From contig NC_089434.1 in assembly GCF_026210795.1 (NCBI RefSeq), forward strand, positions 4,774,001-4,838,000: a stretch of 64,000 bases of DNA, given 5' to 3'. A program made the translations under genes and the position numbers. Below are positions 12,268-25,081 of the stretch, piece after piece. Origin of the DNA: Rhizophagus irregularis (taxonomy: Eukaryota). Position 1 is the first letter of the stretch; each line of letters starts with the position of its first letter. The notes under the pieces were generated by a model. That model had not been told where the DNA came from, ran no database searches, and saw only the letters and a list, made by a program, of their open reading frames with translations.

Positions 12268-13645
12268 GCATTTAGGTTGAATTTTTTATTTTTAATATAA
12301 TTTCAAGTCTAAATTAATCAAGCTGTATGAATTTATTGGGTAAATCTAATTGATAAACCATAGTTTATCTGTGATCCACAGTTGGCAAAATGGCAAAAGA
12401 TATTTTTTGTCCTTTATTAACTGCTTTAATACTTAATTAATTCCTAGACAATATGTGCTTAATTTTTACATGAAGAACCTATTTGAATACATTAGTATTT
12501 TTGATAATTTGATTTGTATCACAGGTCAAAAAGTGAAAAATCAGGTACCAATCAGTGCCTAATTGGCATTTTCGCCAAATACCGTTACCAATCAGGCAGT
12601 TTGCTAACTTTTGATCCAATGATCAGAAAAAGATGAAATATAGCTCATTGGAATCGTCTCAATATGACGAATCTAATGGTAGTAAAATCTCATTTCTAGG
12701 ATTAATACTTGATGAGAAATTAAGTAAAATATAAAAATAAAAATGTATCATTTATATTTTATTTAATTTTTTATTAACTATTAATCCTAAAGATGCGATT
12801 TTACTACCATTAGATTCGTCTTGTTAAGACGATTCCAATGAGCTATATTTCATTCTTTTCTGATCACTGGATCAAAAGTTAGCAAACTGCCTGATTGGTG
12901 ACTGATTGATGCCTGATTTTTCACTTTTCGACCTGTGTATTTAAGTTGAATTTTTTATTTTTAATATAATTTCAAGTCTGAATTAATCAAGCTGTGTGAA
13001 TTTATTGGGTAAATCTAATTGATAAACCATAGTAGTTTATCTGTGATCCACAGTTAGCAAAATGGCAAAAGATATTTTTTGTCCTTTATTAACTGCTTTA
13101 ACATTTAATTAATTCCTAGACAATATGTGCTTAATTTTTACATAAAGAACCTATTTGAATACATTAGTATTTTTGATAATTTGATTTGTATTTAAGTTGA
13201 ATTTTTTATTTTTAATATAATTTCAAGTCTGAATTAATCAAGCTGTGTGAATTTATTGGGTAAATCTAATTGATAAACCATAGTTTATCTGTGATCCACA
13301 GTTGGCAAAATGGCAAAAGATATTTTTTGTCCTTTATTAACTGCTTTAACACTTAATTAATTCCTAGACAATATGTGCTTAATTTTTACATGAAGAACCT
13401 ATTTGAATACATTAGTATTTTTGATAATTTGATTTGTATTTAAGTTGAATTTTTTATTTTTAATATAATTTCAAGTCTGAATTAATCAAGCTGTGTGAAT
13501 TTATTGGGTAAATCTAATTGATAAACCATAGTTTATCTGTGATCCATAGTTGGCGAAATGGCAAAAGATATTTTTTGTCCTTTATTAACTGCTTTAACAC
13601 TTAATTAATTCCTAGACGATATGTGCTTAATTTTTACATGAAGAA
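12268..13645. repeat. Tandem repeat, ~248-bp unit, ~4 copies
   Basis: Unit starts 'tttaagttgaattttttatttttaatataatttcaagtc' at ~12270, ~12940, ~13191 and ~13439. Confidence 0.93.
12520..12937. mobile_element. 418-bp fold-back MITE with CACAG...CTGTG ends (CACTA/CMC-like)
   Basis: Almost fully palindromic. 3-bp TSD TAT, confirmed by the empty site 'tttgtatttaag' in neighbouring satellite units. Confidence 0.9.
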
Positions 13646-13699
13646 TATAATTTAACCAGTACTGAAGTACACAACTACAAAATATAAGGATCAATATAT

Positions 13700-15540
13700 A
13701 AAACCAGCATCAAAGAATAAAAGGAAACATAATTTAAAGACCCATTTCCTTTTTTTGTTTATCAGCTAAATTGGAATCAATTCTTTATTGGATTACCATC
13801 AATACCATGAATATGACATTCCACCCTGGGATAATTTTACAAAAATTAGGGAATTGTAAAAATTTCTTTCGTTCCTTTATTCTACAACCTCAAGGTTTAA
13901 TTTAAGGGTTACTAGTGCAAAATCAGTTTATAATTTTAGCGGTATTCTAGATAATTCTCTATTTATTTATTTGCTTAATGTCCTATTTTTATTAAATAAA
14001 GATTTTAAATAATGATACTGGATGATATCTTCATAAATACCAATTCCTTCCGTTGTAATCACCTTATTACCCTTATTACATAAAGACCGAATATTTAATA
14101 ATAGATCGAATAGTGCTCTCTTATATTCATCAGAAATTAGACTGTCGATGGTTTCATAAGGACAAAGCCATATCTAATTCTGGTTAGAAGCTGAATGCGC
14201 AACAGCAACTTAGAATCTTTTAGAGACATACAACTAAAGTGTATCCGCCGTGTCACTATGTGTTTGTGGTTTAGAACATCATTTCGATCAAATCTATGTT
14301 GTAACTAAAGCCGTGAGAAATTCCATTTTCACTTCCATTTTCCCTAACAGATATTTGTATTATTTCCTAAATTAATACAATCTAATAAAGGGTTTGCATC
14401 AGAAGACAGGTTTTCTTTGTGTATTGCCAGCACTGCTTTAATAACAGTCATAGTAGTGATATTAGCAGATTTTCATACGCTTCTGTCTAACTGGATGACC
14501 ATCCACCATATCATGAATCTCTCATGATCGTAGAGCGATATATGGCAATAGTATCTCTCACAGATCACGATTAAATAACAAATTGATTTCCCTCAAACTA
14601 TACCAATCATAACTTATTCTGAGAAATAATATCCTGACACATATTCTGATCCCGTAAGTAATTCGGTAGATATTTTCGAAAAGGTAAGTGAAAAGACTTT
14701 GGTTAAGTTGCAGAAAGGATGTACTGAAAAGACGTTGAGAATCTCCTTATACTGAACTAGAATCGACAGTTCTACCAGAAGATCCATTAGGAAGGAAGCT
14801 ATGGAGCTAGTATTTATTGTCAAGGCCTTGAACCGAATCATTATTTGCCAGGACATGATGTGAATTAAGATCCATGGTACATTCCCAGAAATTCATTTGG
14901 ATCTTGCTTGTAGAAAAAGTATTAGTCATTTCTAAAAACGGATCTGGTTTCCATGGTTTCCAGAAGTAATGCCTCGCTACTTGATTATGTTGACAAACTT
15001 CAAATCCTCTTAAGTATCTTGAATATATTTTATTCACGTGAAAGATTAAAGGATTGGCACCAAAGAATCGGAGATCCAAAGGGAGAGGAGAGTTCTCAGA
15101 TTCGCAGGATTCTTCACTCTCGCCACAAAAAATATATATTGATAAAAGTGGATCTATAGATCCTTCACGAATTTCAAGCAGCATAAGTTTTTAGGATTCA
15201 AAGACGAATATCCTATTGTTATGTAAACCTTAAAAATATTGTTAAGCACGGTCAAGAGTGCATTCAATAGAAATTGAATTGAAAAGTAAATAACGCGTAC
15301 CATTAAAAGATCTAATAATATTTCTTAGTGGAGATCAAGCGTAAAACTGCTTAAAAAATTGAGGTTTCGAAACATCCGTTGTCGAAACTTAACATTTCGG
15401 CGTTCTGGACTTCCAGTATCTCGAACCCAAATCTACAGAAATAAGTAAACGTTTCCATTTTTTTAAAATAAATAAATAAATAAATAAAGACTAAAGTTTC
15501 CTCAACTTTTTAGTTGCGAAACTTACCATTTCCCGTACCC
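13700..15540 (-). pseudogene. Unidentified degraded multi-exon protein-coding sequence
   Basis: Higher GC, overlapping minus-strand ORF pieces (14807-15184, 14614-14856), GT..AG intron signals on the minus strand near 15230-15530. No family recognised. Confidence 0.35.
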
Positions 15541-16424
15541 CACGCGTTAAATGCTCTGAAGTCTAATTAAAAAGATTATTTTTTCTTGATAAATCAAAGA
15601 AATAGGAATCTTTGTGTAATGAATTAAAAGTTGAAGCCCTCACTCTTCAGATATATTGTTCATGCTTGTCTAATTAGTATAATTAGCGAATTTATTCGAT
15701 ATGGTAATAATGGAAATTGGTTTTGCATTACATAGTTCTTGGCTTCTCGAGGAACATTTGATATAAAAAAAAAATTATTATAATATAACTTGTCGTCATG
15801 TGAATCGCCATACTTTTGACCAATGGCAAAAATCGGTGAGATTTGATGGTACATCAAGTCGATTTTTCATAAACGTATTAACGGTCAGATAGTATTATCG
15901 ATTCGCCGTTCTTGATTGGAGAGACTCTTTATTGTTCTTGATTTTGTACTTTTTGAATAAGGTTAAGCAAAACTCAATTAATTGTGGATACTAACCATTT
16001 GGAAGCCCAATCAACCCAATCACATGTAGATTTATCATGTGACCGAGTGGAAACCAACACGTCTCCCGTAAAATAAATAAATATCATATTAATAATTATT
16101 ATTTATTTTTTTTTTATAAGAAATATTTCTAACAATATAATAAAGGGGGAAACGTATTTAATAAAAAGGAAATTCGTTGAAAAAGTATGGTTATTAGAAG
16201 CAGACGACTACCTGATTCAATGTAGATGCATTGATCAACGCGCGTCTACACTATCTCTGACGACGGCCTTTGATGATATCTTTGATCAATAAATAAGTAG
16301 GAATATCTAATAATATTATTAAATAGCTGTTGTATAATTATTTTAAATAGATTATTAGCATTAGAAAAGTTCGGGGTCCGCACCACAAATTTTTTAGCCT
16401 ATACTACATTTATAGCAATAACCC

Positions 16425-19400
16425 AGATTCACTGACGGATCACGGATTTCATCCGAGTGAGGCGTAAAAGTTACATTTAAAAGAAATATCTTGTTTTAAT
16501 ATTATATAAAATATCTCAGAGTTACACGAACGATTTGGTAATTCATAATATAATAAATATGAGTGGTCCTTATTATTAATTAAATAACTTTACGAATAGG
16601 GAATAATATATACCGATAACTGAAATTTATTTATTGATTTTTTACAATATCTATTTGATATTCACAATAAATGGTTGGGGAGTTTATTTTGCACAATAAA
16701 GAAAATTCTCACGATATTGTTTTCTTTTACATGAACTACACGTATACAAACAAGTATATTGATTGTTTTTATTTTTTCAATCGTATGATAATTGTTTAGA
16801 GGAAGGATTCTAAGGATATAAGGAATATTTTTACTTTATGGGGAAGTTATTATAACTATCTATCTTAATTGTATCACAAGTTTTTTTATAATTCATAAAT
16901 TCATACACGTCCTAATCGATCACAATCAGTGTCACGACAACCAAGTTTCTGTAATTAGTAGAATAATTAGAACGAATCACTTTTTTTGTTTTATTTCAAC
17001 AAAACTTTATTCACAGAAAAAAAAAATTGTTGTGCTATTAGTTAGATATCAAATTTGTACCCAAAATAATCAATACTATTTTGAAATTCATTCATTCATA
17101 AAAAAATAATAAAAAATTTTTTTTCTAGAATATTTTTATTTTATAATATAGTATATAAAAAAAAATTATGAAAGTAGTAAACTGATGGATCTCTATATAT
17201 GTGTGACAAAATACTGTAGGCGGATAATAATTTTTATTTGACGATCGTAACGAATACTTCAATTTATCGAGAAGAAAATTTTGAATTTCACAATACAGCT
17301 TCTAAAATTCTTTTTTTTTTTATAACAACCTCGTTTTTTTTGGGGGGGAAATAAAAATAAAAAATTCAATAATTTACCTAAATTTGGTTGTTTGTCATTC
17401 ATTTACTATGATAAGAAACAGATAATAAATTTTTGTTTTTTTTTTAAAAAAAATAAAAAAATTCATTTAAACAACAAAGGATGGCAGGTAAATAAACGCC
17501 AATATGCATTCATTGGAATTTTCTAATGTAATATATTTTTAGAATCATTAGTAATAAACTATCATTAGGAATTAACCATAATTAATATAATTAATAATAA
17601 AAAAAAATAAAATAAAATTAAAGTTCTCAAGGGTTCTCATGATAATTATTTTTTATCCATGTGAAAAATAATTTGTAATATTATGCAATATATTTTTTTG
17701 TAATGTTTCACATATGTTTGCACCATTGAAATTAATTTAATTCTATGTTTGATTTAAAAAATCAATAAACTTTTATAATAACGAACACAAAAATAGTCTT
17801 TTGATCCATGTTCTTTGTTCTTTTTGCGAAACTTTAATTATATAATTGATTGCATATAATATCATTTCGTTCGATAGTATTGTTCTCCTTTGCATAATTG
17901 CGTAACTGTTTATATACGCCAAGAACAAACTAAACGAAAGTCTTTACTTTAACCTCGTTTTAAACCGAATAGGACATCAGAAATTATGATTTTTGGCCTG
18001 CATTATGATGATCTTTGGCGATCTTGGGCGGAATTATAAATGCTTGTCGGTGATACAAGATGGTACAAAATTTTTTACTTTTCTCCGAATTTACAGCATG
18101 AAATAAGGTTTTATTGTAATCATAATATATATAATTTAGAATATCAGATATCTTTATTATTGAAATCACATGTTTAAATAAGGAAATTCTATCCCGCTCT
18201 TTAAAACTTGAAATTTCAACTTTTTAAACGAAAATAATAATAATAATAATAATAAATAAAAATTACTGTGCCGCAACCCTAAATGATGATATTCAAAAAT
18301 TACAATGTATTTATTTTACAAATTTATTTACAACTTATTAAATTAGCAGTTAAATCAACATCTATTGCATATATGCCATTTATAGAACAAAATAAAATAA
18401 CGAAACTATAATTTTATATTATGAACCTTAATAATTTAAAATTTAGTTGAAAATTAAGTTAATCAATTTAATCAATGAAATCAATTTTATCGAAATATCA
18501 ATGAAATGAAATGCATTTCGTAACAAAGTATTAAGAAAAAAAAAATCAATTTAATAATAGAAAAATCATCAAAAATAAAATTTATTCATTATTTCTTGAC
18601 ACGATAAATAGTGCAGTGACAATTACATAATAATCAATACTCTGCTGGCGTCAAAAAATGACAATACATTGACTTTATTGTCAAGGTCGGTAAAGTTTAT
18701 TTTTTTTTTTTGAATTTTATCATATGTTTAAAACTTTCAACATATGCATATGGTTCATGACCTTTGTACACAACCGAAAGGATCGCTGATCGACATGTTA
18801 TACATCAATAATAATTAGCCACTTTAATTTTTTTGTTTTTTAAATTAAAATTGTATGTATATATTATATACTGTATATGTATATATATATATATTGTACA
18901 TATATATTATTTACTTATTTTTATAATTAATTTAATTAATTACTATTATTACTTTAAATTATGCCCCTTGAATAATTTATTCTATTTGCGATAAAAATTC
19001 AATATATCTAAATATGACTTATTTATATTCTCTATTTTTTACGTTAATTATTTCCGTATCTTCTTATAATCTTAAAAACATGCATTATCTTTCTTTGAAA
19101 GGTAACATAAAGGCATTATTATTTAGATCACAAGCTAAATGATTCATATCTGTCTCATGATTTACACAAAAATGTTGAAACGGCGCGATATTTCCGCGAT
19201 TTGAAATCATTTAATCATTTTCATGCATGTTATTATACCAATATATTGAAATGAACGCGTTGTTCTTCGTTTGTATGATGCTGCGCAAGGTTTAAAAATT
19301 AAATATAAAAGCAACCATAATATAGTCTCGGTCAAAATAGGCCTCATAAGAATTATAAGCATGAAACAACAAAAAAAAAATATAAAAAAATAAAAAAAAA

Positions 19401-19510
19401 TAAAAATAAGGTAAAGGAAAAAATAAATCATGGCTATTTAAAATGAATTAATCAAATCAAAATCATGAAAATAATCTTTTTTATTTTACAATCTTTAGTT
19501 TCGAAATATG
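16425..19510. repeat. Segmental duplication block B, copy 1 (copy 2 at ~26195-29580)
   Basis: Colinear shared text, e.g. 'taaataaacgccaatatgcat', 'gatccatgttctttgttctttt', 'gatcgctgatcgacatgtt', 'gtatgatgctgcgcaaggtttaaaaattaaatataaaagcaaccataa'. Confidence 0.9.
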
Positions 19511-20911
19511 ATCACAGAAAAAAAAAAATTTTCGACTTTTTTTTTTTCGACTTATTCGTTATTTTCGTTTTTTTTAAAAAAAATTATAATTTCTTTCGAA
19601 TCGTTTTTTTATTATCGTTCAAGAATTTTTTTTCTAAAAAATCATCGTTTTAATGATGTTTATACCTTAAAGAAGTTTTTTATTAAAAATAAATGCTCAT
19701 CACGAATTGTAATTTCTTTCGAATCGTTTTTTAAAATTATCGTTTTAAAATTTTTCTTTCTAATCTTGGATATTTATACCCATATAAAACCCATATATTT
19801 ATTTGTATTAATAAAATAAATAAAATATACTTTAAAATTACTGTTTAAACTTTAACTACTGGTATACCTTAGTTATAACATCGGCGTATCACGTGATCTG
19901 ATTGCCGATCGATCAATTATTATTTTTTATTCTTTATCGGTTTCTTTTTCACCGATTTTATTTTTTTTATTTTTTTTATTTATTCTTTTCGGTTTCTTAT
20001 ACCGAAATTTTTTTTATTTTTTTTATAATGAAAATTTGAAAAAATGTATTTAAAAAGGATGTGCATTTAGAAAGAAAAATTATATATGATCTCTATGTAC
20101 TTGAAACTGTATAAGAGGATGCATTTAAAAAAAATATACATATACAGTATAATATGTTCACTTAAAGAGAATAATGCACTTAGAGAAAGTTGACTGTGCA
20201 TAAAAATATTTTGATTAATTATTATTTTTTTTTACTAAAATATTTAATAAATATCTTACATATTTTATACGATACTGTTTTACAATTGAAATCTCAATTT
20301 TATTGGCTGATTTTTAGTTATATGATTTCAGTTAGATTTATTCGGAAAATTTGAAACAATTCTTAAATTTGTAATTTTCCTAATAATTCTATATTATTTG
20401 TTTGTTTAAAAAAATTATTTCCTTTTACTTAAAATTAATTATTATATAGGGTTTTTACTGGCACTATATTTTTTTTAATGCTGGTTGATTCACTTGATTG
20501 TCATAATTTCAGTCACCAGTAATCATCACCCCTTATAATAGTTAGAAAAATTCTATTATATATATTTAATATTATAAATCAATTTATAATTTAAAATTAC
20601 TGTAAACATTTAAATTAAATATTACTAATTGTTAAAATTTAATATATTGTTCCACTCCATTTGAGAATAATATTAAACAAAAAATTCAATGTAATTTTGA
20701 AATTTGAGATTTAATATTATATAAAAATTTAGAATTTAAAATTAAAAATTTGGAATTTTGGATTTATTTATTAATCTTATTGTATAAAAATTTGGAATTT
20801 AGGGTTTAAATTTTAAAATTTTAGAATTAATAATTATGAATTTAAATAATATATATAATAATTTATCAAATAAAAAATTTCTTTTTATTTTAAATAATCT
20901 TTTAAATGAAA

Positions 20912-21330
20912 AAATAATTGTATTTATTAATTAAAAAAATAATTGTATTTAATTAAAAAAAATAATTGTATTTAATTAAAAAAAATAATTGTATTTAATT
21001 AAAAAAAAACAATTGTATTTAATTAAAAAAAATAATTGTATTTAATTAAAAAAAACAATTGTATTTAATTAAAAAAAACAATTGTATTTAATTAAAAAAA
21101 ACAATTGTATTTAATTAAAAAAAACAATTGTATTTAATTAAAAAAAACAATTGTATTTAATTAAAAAAAGTAATTGTATTTAATTAAAAAAAGTAATTGT
21201 ATTTAATTAAAAATGATTAATTAATTGAAAAAATAATTGTATTTAATTAAAAAAATAATTGTATTTAATTAAAAAAATAATTGTATTTAATTAAAAATAA
21301 TTAATTAATTGAAAAAATAATTGTATTTAA
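20912..21330. repeat. AT-rich minisatellite, ~25-bp unit (aattgtatttaattaaaaaaa[a]t/c)
   Basis: About 15 direct repeats visible. Confidence 0.92.
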
Positions 21331-21983
21331 ATTAGTATATGATACACTTATATAAGTAAGAATATAAATCTAATATTATTAATTAATAAACCATTCATTA
21401 TAGTGATCATACTAAAAAATATCTTATATGTGTACTACTGTTGGGTAATCAATCTGTATCAGTGAGTAGTAAACGTATGAAACATTACGTTCTTAGTTAA
21501 ACAGCCTCACTTTTTTTTACTGGTCAATTATAAATCTTACTATATTGCGATAAATATGCTTTTTTCTTGTAAATTAAAGAAAATTGTAATAAAAACCTAA
21601 ATATGCCTCCTAATATATCTATTATTCAAGAATATAGGTAAATTTTGAATAGTAGTTCATATATAAAATATAGGATTCTAAAATACAATTTAAAAATTAC
21701 AATACAAAACTAAGACTAAAGTTGTACAAATTTAATTTACTTTTTAGAAATGATGAAATAACGTAAATATTAAAGGCTTATTATATTTAATGATTTAAGA
21801 GTTAAGTTTATACATAAGAAAATTTTTTATCAAATATCATTTCACACAGGTATTTAATATAAATAATACTGAAAATTTGATTCTCTATAATTTCTTAAGA
21901 TTGTACTACCAGATATAAGCTTTATTTTTTATTGGTAAAATATAAACAAAAGAAAAAAGTTAAAAAATTAAATGAAAAACTAA

Positions 21984-22149
21984 GGGTGCTATCAGATATT
22001 ACCTAATATTTTAGGGAAAGGAGGGTAACTAAAGATCTTAGATTACATACAATATTATATAAAGAATTATATATATAATATATCTTACCTAGGGAAGGGG
22101 GGGTAAGCTCTTATATTAAAGTGATATTGGGTAATATCTAATAGTGCCC
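21984..22149. mobile_element. PIF/Harbinger (Tourist-like) MITE
   Basis: TIR gggtgctatcagatattacctaatat / atattgggtaatatctaatagtgccc; TAA on both flanks. Confidence 0.75.
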
Positions 22150-22742
22150 TAATACTAAATAGAAAAAAAATAAAAGAAAAAATCTATATAAATGAAAAAG
22201 TTGAATCTAATAACATTCTATGATTTAAGATAATTACTAATTAAATGATTATAATGATATTATTATATTTTTAAAACTGGTAAATATATTTAAATTAATA
22301 GTTTAATTATTGATTAATTTATTAATTTTATCCTAAAATAAATTAACTTTTTATTAGTAGTAATTAGATTTTTTTTCTTTGATTAGTTTGGTATATTTAA
22401 GTATTTGAAAAGTATATAATATAAAATCAAAATAAAATCAAATTTGTAATTTTTTACTTTTTTACCTTTTTGGATTTAAAGTGTTTAGAAATTATTTGAA
22501 AATAAAATTATGTATTATTAAAATTATTAGACTTTATATTACATTAATTATATTATTAAAATATAACAAATAATTAAAAATAATAAAAATACTATATTTT
22601 ATATTTTTATTATTTAAATATTACATTAATGAGAATTTTTTCTTAGGTAAATTAAAAAAATTTTGTTTTATTAAAAATATATTGATGTGAAAAAAGAAAA
22701 AAATAAGTTATCATTATAATATACAATTAATACATACACAAA

Positions 22743-22930
22743 CACACGTTAAATGACTAAAAACAGGCAAAAAAAATGGCGCAAATTGCATAAACTATTC
22801 GCAAATTTGTATAAACTATTTACAAATAGTATAGGTTAATTCGCAAATAGCCAAAACAGCCAAAAATAGCCAAAAATAGCCACTGTTTTTCGCACTATTT
22901 TTTTGCTGATTTTTAGCATTTCAACCTGTA
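22743..22930. mobile_element. Degenerate CAC-ended MITE related to the 12520 element
   Basis: Imperfect TIR cacacgttaaatgactaaaaacaggc / gctgatttttagcatttcaacctgta; AAA flanks. Confidence 0.5.
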
Positions 22931-23035
22931 AAAGTTATATTACTGAAAATTTTTAGTGATATTTTTAGAGCAGTTATTAGTATCTTAAATAAATATATAT
23001 TTTACTGATAGATAAATGTTTAGCTGATAAGTTAT

Positions 23036-25081
23036 ATTTATCCCCTGATCGGCACCATTTATACAGTTATCCGATTGTACTTATACCTACTGGATGATCA
23101 ATTTATATATATTTATTTATGCGTTTCTAGTACATATTTACTCTAGATAACTAGACAAATTATTTATTTTGTAATGTTAATAGTAAAATTACTACATTTA
23201 ACAAACTTAAGACGAAAATTATCAATTAAATTATCTTTACGCTTTAAAGGAATTGTGATATTTTGAATTTCAGTGAATGGTTCTGTTTTAGTCTCTTCCT
23301 GAGATGATAAATTTTCAATTCTTTGTTCCGTATTTAGATCTTCGGCAGATTTTTCCAAATTTTCTTGCATCGAAATATCCTTTTATAAATAAAGTGTAAA
23401 AAAAATTAATAATTATAATGATAATTTATAATAAAGAATTAATTAGATACCTTTGAAATGCCTGGAAGTGTTAACTTTGCGATGTCCAATTTTTGCTTTT
23501 CATTTTGTGTTCGATATCTATAAAATAAATGAATTTTAATGACAAAATAAAAAAATTAAATATTATATTATAATATATACTAACGCATTTAATCCTGCAA
23601 TGGACTGGAGCAATGTTACATTCATTATAGCTTATAATCCAATCCTTCGTCATTTAACTTTTGTGCAGTACGTTTTCGTAATGAATGATTTACAATTCTT
23701 CTGTTTGTGCAATCAATACCCGTAATATTACAAATTTCTTTTAACATTCCGGATAATTTATCTCGACCTAAATGAAAAGTAGAATACCAATTTTCTAAAT
23801 AATATATTGAAATTTATTAGTTTGTGTTAAAAATATTGTAGAGAAAGAAATCATATAAAATTGTACCTTGAATATCTTTATTAATACGAAGAAAAAAGTT
23901 TTCTTCTGCATTATTAGGCCGTAAAGCTCAAGTATTTTCTAATGTCATGACATACTATATTGTTCCATTCATCTGGTGGAATAATATGAACAGGTTGTTG
24001 ATTAGAATTTGTTTGGTGATAATATCCTCCCCTGGTGAGTTTTATCGTAAGAATTGTCACGAATGTTATATCCTCCATCATCACGTTTTTTAAAATGGCT
24101 AGCCATAATACTATGATATGATCCCCCTCTACGTGCTGTACAACATCCTACCCATAAAAAGACTTCTCTTAATAATCCATCTGGTGAATTACTTGATATA
24201 TCAGGATGTTCGAAGATTTTTACCATTTCTTCATCAGTAAAAGGATCAGCTCCATTATATTCACCATTATTGATTTCTTCCAATTCTATCATTCTTGTAT
24301 GTAATGTATCACGCACTATTCTAAATTCAAAATCCTCATGTATATTGAATGGTTCTCTATCTTTAAACATTTCTTGATAAAACCGATTTATAGCACATAT
24401 ACCATTATACAGTGAGTTTGCTTTGTATTCCTTTTTGTCTTTTGTTTGAATAACTATATGAATTCACATAACAACATTGCAATGGCTTTTTGTCACAAAG
24501 GGTCATTAAATCTATGTTTGGTTGAGTGTCATTTACAAAGCTTTCAAATCTAACCCGCAAACGTGTATTTTTGTTAGTATTTTTTTGGTTTGCGGAAGAG
24601 GACATACTTTTGTAAAGTTTCTATACAAGGACGATCAAATGTTTCTTTATTAGACGATTTTGATAATGATTTGTGTATTTCAGAAAGTTGATTATTTTCT
24701 AAACGATTCAATCTTCCTTTTAATTCATTTATAGTGACAGTATCATTACTTGAATTTAATAATTCGGAGGCTTTTTTGAAACTAGACATTTTATTTTGAA
24801 ATTAAAAAGGAGAGAAAAAAAATGTAAAAAGGAGAGAAAAAAAAATGTAAAAATGATTACAAATAGGGTATTTATATTTATTGATATTACACAATAGACT
24901 AAAATAGTCTAAAATAGTCTAAAATAGTCTAAACTATATAAATGGCAGGGGATAAATCAATTATCTCCTGGCTAATTGGAATAGTAAAATTTTACTTAGG
25001 GAATACGTAGCAATGGCCTTCGGCCGATCATTTATCCAATCCTAGTAAAATTTTACTTATTCCTAATTAGCCAGGAGATAA
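23036..25081 (-). mobile_element. Crypton-type element with tyrosine recombinase (DUF3504-like) pseudogene
   Basis: Minus-strand peptides SPDGLLREVFLWVGCCTARRGG, DKTHQG, WYSTFHLGRDKLSGMLKEICNITGID, NHSLRKRTAQKL, and AGLNA just before the splice donor where the catalytic Tyr codon should fall. Introns and frameshifts. Inverted 12-mer atttatcccctg (23036) / caggggataaat (24946) and a long hairpin at 24961-25081. Confidence 0.85.

Noticed and set aside
19207..19819. Hydrophobic ORFs resembling membrane or secreted peptides
   Set aside because: Derived from poly-A/T tracts; the frame is not preserved in the duplicate at ~29190-29280.
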